A stretch of DNA of 64,000 nt from the NCBI GenBank assembly GCA_025201805.1, contig MU619279.1, forward strand, positions 62,001-126,000. The letters run 5' to 3'. The position numbers and the translations under genes were made by a program. This document shows, piece after piece, positions 15,477-27,272 of the stretch. The number at the start of each line of letters is the position of its first letter. Position 1 is the first letter of the stretch. The notes under the pieces were generated by a model, which was not told the DNA's origin, ran no database searches, and saw only the letters and a list, made by a program, of their open reading frames with translations. Source of the stretch: Parasitella parasitica NRRL 2501 (taxonomy: Eukaryota; Fungi; Mucoromycota).

Positions 15477-16584
15477 ATTTAAAAAAATGCATGGAATCCC
15501 ATAATCCATTTCCACTAAATGCTGTCATTTTGTATTTGGCATCAGCCTGGTTTTACAATAAATCTGTCGTTGTTGTTTTGATTCTACACTGAAATATATG
15601 TAGCGACTCTGGTATACACACATCAATTTAGGCATTTTGTTGAGTAAGACTGAGCGTTATACCAATATGTGTAACGCCGGTGTTGTTATAAAACGATTAT
15701 TGACTTGTATTATCCCATGAAATATTTCCTTGTAAACAATTTTCATTTTCGAAAATAAGGTGCTCGCATTTATTGTAGAGTGATAGAGCCACCATGCAAC
15801 TCTCACATTCATAATAATTGACTGATTAAATATAGACAGGTAGGTCTTGCTCTGACTACTACAGTGTTATTCTTATATTGATTCATGCAGATCTATGCAA
15901 AATAAATAGACACTTTCTTATAAATCAGTAAAATCATTAGTTTTGTATCTAGTAAACCAAGTTTTTATTACTTTTCCATTTCCTCTTATATATATAGTTG
16001 TATGTTGTGCTCATCTTTAAAGCCTATATAAATTTACTTTTTGAGGGAGTAGTTTTGAAGATACTTTGATATGTGCTATAATAAAAGAACTAACAGTACT
16101 AATTTATTTTCATCAAATTAACATTTTGTCTTCCAGGACATCTCAGTAAATGATCAGTCATTGTTTTTGCTTTTCGTATGAGGCCATCTTACTGCTTTGA
16201 TGAAGAAGAACAAATGCCAGACTTGTCAATTCAAGCAGTACAGCCAGTTAAAAAAATAGACACTAAGCATTCAAAACCACCTCATATTGTATAACATTCT
16301 TACTAGAACTCTTATGAGGCTTTCAATATGTATTTAATAGTTTTCAACATGTTTGTGTGTGAGTTTGTTATATAAAGTTTTTGGCATTTTAGTCTGTGAT
16401 TTGAAAAATTGCAGTAGTAGAATTAACGAATATTCGTTAAGCATATTGTGCCAGTGTGAAGGGCAAAGCAAAATGTTGTGTAAATGTTATATGAAAAGAA
16501 ATAAATAAGACTTTCTCTTAATAAAACCAGATACAAAACCAAAGACTTTTATTGACACAAGATACGATCTCTATTTATACTAAA

Positions 16585-17015
16585 ATAAATCCCGATCAAT
16601 GTTTATAGGTGATTATGGGCACGGCTTTGGCTTGGCTATTAAAGGCCATCCGCGCTTGGGTGGACTCTGAAAAGAGAAAAGACATGTCAGGTACAACATT
16701 TATCGTTATCACTAATGAGCATAGCTCATCCCAGACTTGCCTTTTCTGCTTTTCAAAATTAGCCCACCCAATCTTCTTCAATAATCACATGCTTAGATTG
16801 TGAAAAGGGTCCTTTATATGCCTAATCAAGAGTGTCCAAATAAACTTAATCACCTGTGCAGAGACAAGACTTCAGCAATAGCAATTGGTTTGGCTGGCCT
16901 GGTGGTAATTTTATTTGGCGTAACATTCCCCTGCTTCGACCCAGTGGCAGCAACAGCAAAAACAGGCATGTTTAACAAAATAGTTCGCGATTTTTTGAAC
17001 AGAAAACATCGTTAG
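16585..17015 (+). pseudogene. Fanzor/TnpB-like RNA-guided nuclease, C-terminal relic with stops and frameshifts
   Basis: Joining three frames gives MFIGDYGHGFGLAIKGHPRLGGL*KEKRH / VITNEHSSSQTCLFCFSKLAHP / KGSF / NQECPNKLNHLCRDKTSAIAIGLAG...FPCFDP. This contains the RuvC-II Glu, the SQTCxxC zinc ribbon and the RuvC-III RD..(S/A)A..I motif. Confidence 0.8.
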
Positions 17016-17410
17016 GGCTCGTTTGTCGATGGCGGCAATAATCGTTGAGGTAAATAGGCATAGCTGCAAGCAACGTTAGATGCACCAAATACAATTCACA
17101 CCACAAAACTTCTTTTTCTTCTTCTTTTTTGGTAATAAGTGAGCAGCTTTCTTTTCTGAGAACCTCAGATTACAATACCGATTCAGTATTGCTATATGAA
17201 TCAAGATCAACAATTTTTTATTTTCAATTATATGCAGCATAAAATTGGTTGCAATCAAAAGATTCAATCAAGTCTAGATACAAACATATTTGACAGACTA
17301 TTAGATCCACTGATGTAAATATTTATTATTACAAGTATGCCTATACATTTGGTATCATGTGTACATCGTAAAGTGGAAACACTTGCGGTTATGCATTTTA
17401 TTAGGTATTT

Positions 17411-18961
17411 TTAAGTACGAACATCTTGTATAGCATTTAATAGGGAGTTACTAGCATCATCCATCTCAAGAGACCAAAGCATGATACCGCCCAATTTCTT
17501 TTCTATAGCAAATTGTGATTTCAGGCGAAGAGAAGTGGGATTATCGTAGGTGATAAATTGATGACTTTGTTTATGGTAAGAAAATGGAGTTTGGGTTCTT
17601 TGGTCCCAATACGTAGACCATCCCGAAGCATTGTATGCGGCACCAGACGCCTCAATGGTTCTCCACTGATATTCACCAGAGAAAGAAGGCTTTGAACCAG
17701 GACAAGGATCAGTGGAATTTTCGTCATACCGATCACCTTTAATTTGCTCGATTGATCTATCAAGAGGGACATTTAAACCGGTATTTTGACTCATATGTTG
17801 CAATGTCTTGTGTGTGTATCCGTAAAAAGGTACCCCCAGATAGAGGCGATCAGACGGAATACCAGCATCAAGCCATTCCTGTACAGACGATTCAACACTG
17901 ACATGTTGTCCAGCAACACCATAGTGAAGCGGGGCATTTGAAGAAGTTGTGTTACTCCATATACCATTGATATCGTAAGCCTAAACACACTGTCATTATT
18001 TTTTGTTACTCCCATCAAGATGAACTTCTAATTACCATAATATAAAACGCATCCATAAAATCAGCCCAGCCTTCATCCAGATTTTCCATAACGTTACGAT
18101 CAGCATCCCTAAATACATGGGCATTAACAGCAGCTGTGATCAGCTTGTGCTCATCAGGATATCGTTCGTCTAGCATTTTACGAAGGACTTGGATAAAGGC
18201 CAAAAAGTTGTCAGTGTCTTTAGGATGTCTACAGTTATATTAGTCTCCTTTTTGGTTTGGATTCAACTTGAATTATCATACTTTCTGTTACAAGATACGC
18301 CATCTGCATCATTGGGATATTCTAGTCGTGGATATGTGAGATTGTTATTATTCACTTATTTTTCTAGCGGCCTACTTACCCCAATCCAAGTTGACCCCGT
18401 TTAAATCGTACTTTTCAACGGCTTGCATAATCTTCTTTGCAAATTTTCTGCGGTTATTCGAAGTTCTTACCAGTGAACTAAAGTAGATCGAACCAGTCCA
18501 GCTAGAAGTCCAGATGGCTGTTATTATTAATACAATATATTTCATGCAATACCAATTACCCTCCAACGGCAAGACTGACACCTTTTCCATGCTTATGAGC
18601 TTCCTCGACAACTATAATAACGAATTGTCAAGCGTCTTAATTTTATTTATTTACAATTTGAGATCGCAATTACCTTGTTGAAGCTGCTCCTCATCAAACA
18701 TTTTTAGATCGCCATGTCTGTCAGGTACAGCAAAAGCATAAGCAATGTGATCAATTTTGCTCCATGGAATAACCTTTGGGACATCCTGTGTGAAATGCAG
18801 CGTTTAGCATTATTTAAATGTGCGCGCATATGTCAAGCACTAACCCAATCAACCACATATGTAATCAGTTGATGGCTACCATACGTAGGGCTATTTTGAT
18901 CTATCAGGCTATGAGCAACGAAGAACAAGAGACTACTGAGGATCAGGTATATCTGAAGCAT
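17411..18961 (-). CDS. Secreted GH18 chitinase, many introns
   Basis: Signal peptide MLQIYLILSSLLFFVAHS, IDHIAYAFA, SVGG|WTGS, LNGVNLDW|EYP, YDINGIW, YLGVPFYG, ITYDNPTS and LGGIMLWSLEMDD. Confidence 0.93.
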
Positions 18962-19325
18962 TTATTTTTAAAGAATGAAAGAAAAAAAAAAAAAGAGGAA
19001 GAATGGGTATAAATACTAAACAACATTTCAATGAACCAATTTCAATGCTAGTGGCGGTCATCTTGGTAATTTACAATAATGGGAGATTTTACAAATGAGC
19101 ACATAAAAAGAAATATTTCTCCCATGCTATTGTCACTTTGCGCTAATATGCGATGTCTCTTAATTATCTCCCGCTTTTGCATTTTTTTACTTTGAGCTTA
19201 TTATATGTTGCCATTCATTCATCAGAAAAAAGGCATGAAAATCGGCAAATTCAATAAACAAGATATTTTGACGCATGCATGTAATATACCTATGTGGTTC
19301 AACTTGAAATTTCAATTTATCTCTA

Positions 19326-19485
19326 GGTACAACAAATGCCCACTTTGTTAAGCTTATGAATGAAATACTTGGTTGACCTTAACAAAAATTTAAAGGGAAG
19401 TTACATTGTTATGGACAATGCTGAAATCCATAAATCGCAGCCAATGATAAGAAAAATCAAGAGCAAGGGCTATCATGTGATGTTT
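19326..19485 (+). mobile_element. Short Tc1/IS630 (DDE_3) transposase relic
   Basis: GTTNAHFVKLMNEIL, then a frameshift, then LKGSYIVMDNAEIHKSQPMIRKIKSKGYHVMF, which contains the second catalytic Asp motif MDNAxIH. Confidence 0.75.
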
Positions 19486-21089
19486 GTAAAATGATTTTCA
19501 ACTAAGAACACATCAAGAACCTATAATGAACCATCGTCTTGTCTTACCCAGTCCTATTATTACCTGATAAACGCTGTGCTCTACTGGCTTAACCCGCTTA
19601 TAACATTTAGTAGCACTTATTGAATTGAATTTTCATTTTCTACTCACTGGTTGCTTTCACCACTTGTAGAATAGGCTATTTATCTTTGGCGAATAGATTA
19701 TTCTCTCATTGCACACCGATCCTCTGTGCGGCATTTTGGTGTCGTCAAAACAGAATTTAGATTTAAAGTTAAAACAGACTCAATTCTTTTAACTGTGTCG
19801 AAATCACTACTCTATTCATATGTGTCTAACATGTAAGTGATTTATAAGTGCTTTTAGTATAACTGATGAGAACAACTGCTTGGTCAATTTTGTGATTCCA
19901 AGCCTTTCAACAACTAGTGTAGCACCGGACTAGCGAACCGGACTTTGCACTTGCGAAACATTCGCATGTCAAATAGTCTTGTAGAGAAAATCGTGGCATC
20001 TCACCTCTTGCTACGGTACAAGCGGCAGGTCTAGCTGTTTGCATTTGATATTTTTGTGTAGAGGGGTATATAATGTCATCAGTAGCCGTGCAGCTTGATG
20101 CAACTGTGCAGTGAAACATTCGCTAGAATTTGGTGTCCATTATACAATGGGCTGATGATGTGCGTATAGTTGAATGCTTATGAATGGGAATATAGAAACA
20201 AAAATATTGGCAAGCTAAAAAAGATGGAAAAGCACGACTCAAAGTTATCAAACGCTTAATGTCCAACAGGTTGACAATATCACGTATTATGTATCCGAGC
20301 AATGGTTGAGCCTAGAGGACAAATGTTCATTGTGTGTAAATATCAAGTACGAATGATTGTCTGAATTACTTAAAACAGTACGGTGTTATATACTTGCTTC
20401 CTGCATTTAGAACCTTCCCTAAAACCTTTTAAAGCTAATTAAACTCATGAAAACATGGCACTTGTCAAAATGGAAGACCCAGTCGTTGTGTGTACATTCT
20501 CTTTGCTTCGTTAAGCCAACTGGATCACAAGCAAAGATAAGAAACAAGTCTGCGAAACATGGATTTCGATACTGTTTCGCAGATTCGGAGCAAAGATATA
20601 ATACGCTTTTGCAACGCATTCATGACAATAGTACTGCGAACCAGCCAGAAGGTGATATATCCTAATCTTTTCTTGAAGCTTGTTGGAGAGAATTATTCAA
20701 CGAAACTCCTCCATGTTTTATGGAAACTGTACAAAGATTCTCAATCAAAAGAACAGAAGTAGTCGATTAATAAATGCTGTAAAAGTTTGAAAAGATAATA
20801 GGCCTTTGTTTATATGTATGACACGCATTTTAATCAAAATATAGAAAAATGAAATTACAGAAGTTTTTCGCAACAGCGTCAAAGCTGTGAAGTAAGTTTC
20901 TTTGATATAGTTCAAGTTTACAGATGCTAATAAAGAAACTGGTTAAGTTAATCAGACAACGTTAGATTCTTCATTGGAGGTTCAATAGTGAACCAAAATA
21001 AAGGGAGGCCTTATTCTATTCTAGTGAAAGTATTATGCATATGTTTGTAATTTATAATACAATGATCATAATGTATAAAATAGAATAAA

Positions 21090-21947
21090 TCAACTGGGTG
21101 ACAAGAGTAGTGGTATAAGCAGCATCTTCCAACTAACAGATTTAAACATCTTTGGTTTGGGAATCTTAAATATCATTTGTTTCGGCTTCATCAACTTCAC
21201 CACTGTTCTCCAATTCTTCAGTAATATCCGCTTCGCTATCATCAATATCATAACACTCCGTATCTTCAATATTATCATCTTTATCCCAAGTGACTTTTGA
21301 TATACAAACAGGCGCATCTTGTTCAGAATGATCTCCCAAAACCAGATCCATCGATTTTCTTTTCATGCCTTTTGTGGCAGAGGTCTTCATAAACAAACAC
21401 ATTTCCTACATAGCCAGTGTTAATGACCAAAATATGTGCTATGTTCCCATAAGCTAGCGTTTACCAAGAGTTCAAATAACCCTTCAACCAAATTTCGTAA
21501 ACTTGGGTAAATGTTATTGATGGTGGTTGGGAGCGTCAACGTCTTCAGCTTCTTTGTGTAATATAACTTATTATCAGCAAGGCCCAAAAAGCAAAGGTGC
21601 ATTTGAAAATCCATGGCAATGATGTATGGAGCAAATAGATCATGGATATTGACGGACTTGTTTTTGGACAAGATGGTATTCAAGGCAAATTTTGAGGCTA
21701 TGACAGCCTTTCGCTTGTCTTTATAATACTTTGCCTGTGAAAAAGCCTAAGCGAGCTCACCACAGCCATGATCGCTAGAAAGAATTTTAGATACTTTTGA
21801 GGCAATTGAGAGTTGTAGGTTGTGTATCTCCCCTAAAACAAAGATAAAGCACATGAGCAAATATCCAAATTTGCTTATCCTAGTGTCAGCAAAATTCCAC
21901 AGGATAGATGTGAGAAATAATTGGGCTTGATCAAAAAGTTGGGTCAT
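21090..21947 (-). pseudogene. Truncated gene of a nuclease-fold (PD-(D/E)xK/REase-like) repeat family with an acidic tail
   Basis: ORFs 21747-21947 and 21420-21683 are in one frame separated by a single TAG (DHGCGELA*AFSQAKYYKDKRKAVIASK). Further fragments are frameshifted, and there is no room for an N-terminus before the ADCK gene. Confidence 0.45.
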
Positions 21948-22077
21948 AATTAACCCCTAAAACGAGACTCAGATATTGGCATTATACATTCTACCGCTGT
22001 CCTTCACGTCGCTTTGAAGAAACTTTTTTGTAATCAACAATATCCACCAGCCGAACTATAAATCAATTCAGACACTC

Positions 22078-24056
22078 ATGAACCAGAGTCGATTATTTAT
22101 TCAATGTTCGTCCTTGTTATGCCGTCGTCCAGCTGTGCCATTGTGGCCCAAACGCTGTTATACGACACTTCAGCAACATCAACCTCATAGAAAAAGCCTC
22201 GCTCGACGTATTCTCAATGGTGCTGCCATGGTTACCTTGGCAACTACTGTCACTGTAGGTGTGGGCGGTACAATTCTCTACAAAACCAACGATCGCTTCC
22301 GCCATGTTGCCAACGCTCTAGAAAGATGTGGTATTGCAGGCACTGTTGGCGCTAAAGTTGCAGTTGATTACCAACGTACCCTTTCCAAGGAGTATCCGGA
22401 TGAAATAGCGTACGAAGAAGCAAAGCGGGCTTGCCATCAAAGATGCGCTGAACGGGTTTTGGCTGCTGTCCAGCGCTTGGGCGGCGTCTACGTCAAACTA
22501 GGTCAGCATATCTCTGTAATGCAGTACCTTCTGCCAAATGAATGGTGCCAGACTATGCGAGTGTTGCAAGACCGCTGTGAACCGACATCACCCCAAGACA
22601 TCAGAGCTTTGTTTCTATCCGATTTTGGTTTGCCTGTAGAACAAGTATTCGAGGAATTTGACTATACGCCCTTGGGAGTGGCATCGCTAGCACAGGTGCA
22701 CCGAGCCCAACTTTCTAAACAAAGCATCCAATTGCTCGACGAAAATGAGCGATGGATTGATGAAGAAGATCGCTGGGTAGCTGTCAAATTACAGCATCCT
22801 TACTTGGACGACTATTGCCAGTTGGACATGGACACAGTGTCTTTTATTTTTGAAATCGTAAAGAGGGTGTTCCCTGAATTTGGATTCGATTGGTTTGCGG
22901 AGGAAATGAGAGAATCTATCCCCAAAGAGTTGGATTTTGTACATGAAACTCAAAATGCGAGAAGAGTAGAAGCGAATTTTGCAGAGGATTGCAACAGAAA
23001 CAACACTTCTCTAGTGATTCCTCGAGTTGTGTGGGCAAAGAAAAGAATTATGTGCATGGAATGTAAATATCTCGTATTGGGATGAGGCACGGGTTGATTC
23101 TAACTGACGCGCTGTAGTTATTGAGGGATCGAGAGTCGACGATTTAGAGTACATGAACAAGCACAATATCGACCCCAAACAAGTCTCTGCTGAATTGACT
23201 CGTGTATTCTCAGAAATGATATTCTTGCACGGGTAGGCATCAGTACAATATATGAAATGCTCGTTACTCATTGTTTATATCTTAGCTTTGTTCATTGTGA
23301 TCCTCGTAAGTAACACAAATATGCTTGTCTGCAAACAAACATTTCATCGTGTCAATAGATCCTGGTAATGTCTTTATTCGCCCTGCAAAAAACCCCAAAT
23401 ACTCAAAGCACAATTTTGATCTGGTTTTGTTGGACCACGGGCTCTATCGAGATCTGTCAGACGACCTTCGATCCAACTATGCGCATCTTTGGACATCCCT
23501 GATCAAAGCAGACGAAGAGGGAATTCGCAAATACTCCTATCGAGTGGGTGGTACCGACATATACCAACTGTTTGCCTGTATGCTCACGGGTCGCGAATGG
23601 GATAAGATCAGCCAATCCGATCTCAACAGTGTGCGTGAAAGCGACGAAGTAGGTCGTATGTCGGACGGTGCCATGACCTACCTGGCAGAAGTAGCTAGTA
23701 TACTTGGTAAACTGCCTCGGCCTGTGCTGTTATTGCTGAAAACCAACGACCTGCTGAGACATGTCGACGAAAAACTGAACAAAGTGGCGGACGATCGTAT
23801 CACCTATGTTATCATGGGCTCCTACTGTTCAAAGGCCGTCTGGCTTGACACCAAAAAATACATTGTAGAGAAAATTAGACTAGTTGGTCTCAGCTTCAAC
23901 TTGTTGAAGCAATTATTCAATGCTTGGTGGCAGTATGAATCGCTGGCTTATGCTTTGTGGCTTTATCAGCTCAGCGCTAGATGGGCAGACAAATTGGACT
24001 GGATCAAGAAGACGAAAAATAGTGCTCTTAATAGTAATAATTATAGATTATCTTGA
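22078..24056 (+). CDS. ABC1/ADCK1-type atypical kinase (Mcp2-like), mitochondrial, 4 exons
   Basis: Presequence-like N-terminus, GGVYVKLGQ, PLGVASLAQVH, VAVKLQ, ELDF..E, spliced FVHCDP|HPGN and LVLLDHGLY. Confidence 0.93.
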
Positions 24057-24182
24057 AAATTATAAATATATATGGTGGTAATGTCCAAAATCCGCGACAA
24101 CGTACCACAACACCATGATCACTCTGCGCACATGGGGGGAAAAAAAACACTATTTTCTTTTTTCTTTTTTCTTCTCTCGTTT

Positions 24183-25275
24183 ATGGGCAATCTAATCTCG
24201 AGCAGAAAAAGAAGAGCAATATCCGAGAGAAAGAGTTATTCAGCAAGTGTTTTTTCGGTAGCGAGGACGGCCAGTAAAGGTTCGACTAAAAAGCAACTGA
24301 GTCTGACAAACGCAGCATTTCCGAGCACCATGGGGGAGGCAAAAAGACAGCGGGGGGAGCACTATCTGCTTAAACACGTATTTCAGACAAGCTATTTTGC
24401 GCCTATTGATGACATTTTATCTGAACCCAGCTCTACCTGTCTGGATATCGGATGTGGAGCTCATGCGTCTTGGCTGATAGACATTGCCAACGATTTCCCC
24501 AATTGCACATTTCACGGCTTTGACATCATTCAGCCATTTTCACTGCACACAGCAGACGGCACGGGTCTACCGTTTCATATACCCCCCAATTGCAAGCTCG
24601 AAAAACGAGATTTATTTGAAGGCTTTGGACATCCTGACAGCACATTTGATTATGTGCATCAAAGATCAATGCATCTGGTATACGAGAGCGCTAAAGTAGA
24701 CTGGATGTATTCGGAAATGATTCGTGTGACAAAGGAAAATGGCTGGATAGAGCTGGTTGAGCCCGAGGTAATGCCCAAAAGAGCTGGCCCTATGTTTGGA
24801 AAGATCATGGCTGGAAGTAAGTCGGCCAAAGAGCTAGCGTCAATGATACAAAGGCATTGACCAGTACAGAGCAGTTTGTAGCGTTTTAAAAGCAAAGCTG
24901 GGAAAGTCGCTCCATGAAGCAGACACATTAAGCAAGAAAATGGAGGCATTTGGCCTAATAGATGTTGAAGCAGACTATGGATCAGTTCCTGTTTGTTGGG
25001 GTGGCTATGTTGGTAAATTAGCATACGAGGTAATAGCAGCAACAGCCGGCAGAATGGATAAGTTTGTATTTAGGCTGTTCTTGTAGGATATATTGATGAT
25101 GCTCCAGCATTTGGGCCCTGCTTTGTATGAATATTTGGACCTTGGGAGGAAATTCAATAAGGAAACCTACGACGCTTTTGTAGATTGTGCGTTTAATGAA
25201 TGCGTCGAGTTTCAGACTTTTTTCAATGTACGGTGGGCTTATGGCAGAAAGTCTACTGCGTTACATGTACAATAA
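24183..25275 (+). CDS. Class I SAM-dependent methyltransferase (LaeA-like family), 3 exons
   Basis: EAKRQRGEHYLLKHVF, CLDIGCG (motif I), FHGFDI, FDYVHQR, RVTKENGWIELVE and VPVCWGG. The N-terminus MGNLIS fits an N-myristoylation pattern. Confidence 0.88.
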
Positions 25276-25614
25276 TACCCTGATGAAATAGAGATTATCT
25301 AAATTCTCAGTCGAAGCACATAATAATAAACGGCTTCTTCATATGCACACTTTGGCTTGTGGAAAGCACAGCATGTACCCAGATGCGCTGCTATTATGTC
25401 GATGACGATGGTCTTCTTGCACATTCAAACAATGGTCCACCTTTGAAAAGTTCATGCTACCAAGCATGTTTCATTGTTAGATTGTTATTGTTTACTGTCT
25501 TGTGCCATTAATAGGAAGCTTACATGGATGCGCGAGTCACGAGCTTTATATAAAGCAATCCAAGAAGGGAGCGGTTGTTTTTCTTTTGCTTTCCTTCATT
25601 GCATTTTGAACATA

Positions 25615-27004
25615 ATGAACGTTCCAGAACAAACCAAAAAAACAGCAGACTTGTTTGCCAGAGCAAATGACGCATTCTTTGACGACGATTATGACGAGGC
25701 ATTGGCCTTGTTTACTGAATTGGTCACATTGGAACCTGAAAATCCAGAGTTCCTTTTGAAAAGGTAGGTTGCATTTGTATGCACGCGGGTTAAAAAACAA
25801 AAAATAGAGTGCACCCATTGACTCTATGATAGATGCCAGGTTCACCAAAAATTGAATCGTTTGGAATGTGCCTTGCAAGACGGCGAAAAGGCGTTGGATT
25901 TGTTGAAACAGGGCTCCCGCAGTTTGTTGGCTAGATGTCATTTGCAGCTTGGGTAACGTAGCTGTCCAGCATTGTGCTCGTTTCAGCCGATTAATTAATT
26001 TTAATACAGTATCACTCTTCATCGCTTGAATCGATTCAATGAAGCACAGACTCACCTTGAACAATCAAAAGAACTGAATCCTAACGAAAAGACATTGGTG
26101 ACCTGGTTGAGAAAGAATACCGAGAAATTACCCAAGGCGGAAGAGAAGCCAGAGGTTTCTACGCCTACAACACCTGCACCTGCACCGGCACCGGCACCAA
26201 CTGTTGTCAAGGCTGTTGGAAGGTAACGCTTTTTAATTAGTAGCCTGCAACATTGCTAATTGATAAATAGACACGAATGGTTCCAGAATGACACCTTTGT
26301 TACCCTCGAAGTGTTTTTAAAGCAAGTCAAGCCTGAACATGTAGACCTCAACTTTTTCGACAGCTCTGTGAGTAACTGCATATATTATGATGGAATGGGG
26401 GTACTGATATATATGATCTTAGCTGTCATTGAGTGTCAAGCTGGCCAATGGATCAGACTATTCACTCGAACTTGATCCGCTTGCACACAACATTATTCCC
26501 AAAGAATCCACCTTTAAAATCCTGTCAACAAAAATTGAAATCAAGTTGAAAAAGGAGATGGCTGGGATCATGTGGGGAGCTTTAGAGAGTGATAATGACC
26601 AAGGAACGATGAGTAAGTGTGTGCAGTTGTGTCTTTTAAAAAGTGTAACAGTTGTTCACAAGTCTATTTATTAGTGGCTCCATCTTCGACTGCCACTAAA
26701 TCAAAAAAGGACTGGAACAAGCTGGTTGCTGAAGATGAAGAACCTGAAGGAGAGCAGGCCTTGAATTCTTTATTCCAAAGCATCTATAAAAATGCAGATC
26801 CTGATACGAAAAGAGCCATGATGAAGAGCTTTGTTGAGAGTAACGGTACTTGTCTTTCAACAAATTGGGAAGATATCGGAAATAAGACAACGGAGATCAA
26901 GCCTCCAGAGGGCATGACCGTAAAAAAGGTAAGCTGATGCTGCTGATTCAAATTATGCACATACAAAGGACTTACCATAATTTTATCATTAGTATGATCA
27001 GTAA
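25615..27004 (+). CDS. SGT1: Sgt1 co-chaperone (TPR-CS-SGS), multi-exon
   Basis: TPR region ANDAFFDDDYDEA; CS domain RHEWFQ...STKIEIKLKK; SGS domain LFQSIYKNADPDTKRAMMKSFVESNGTCLSTNW. Confidence 0.96.
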
Positions 27005-27272
27005 AGCTTTTTTACAGTAGGTTTGGACTTTCATGTGCAGAATAGTTTGTTTGGGGATATGCTATTTCCTTTTCTACGCATTTGTACACCACTATCTACA
27101 TGAAAATTCGTTTTACTCAGCGTGGAATTCACACACAAATTACAAAATAAATAAAAAGCAATTCTTCTTTTTCATAACACCTTTCTCGCTCTCTTTAATT
27201 TTGTTTCTTTTTTTGTTTTTGTTTTCAATAACCTTTCTTGCTCTCGCTTTTAAATTCATATAAATCACAATA

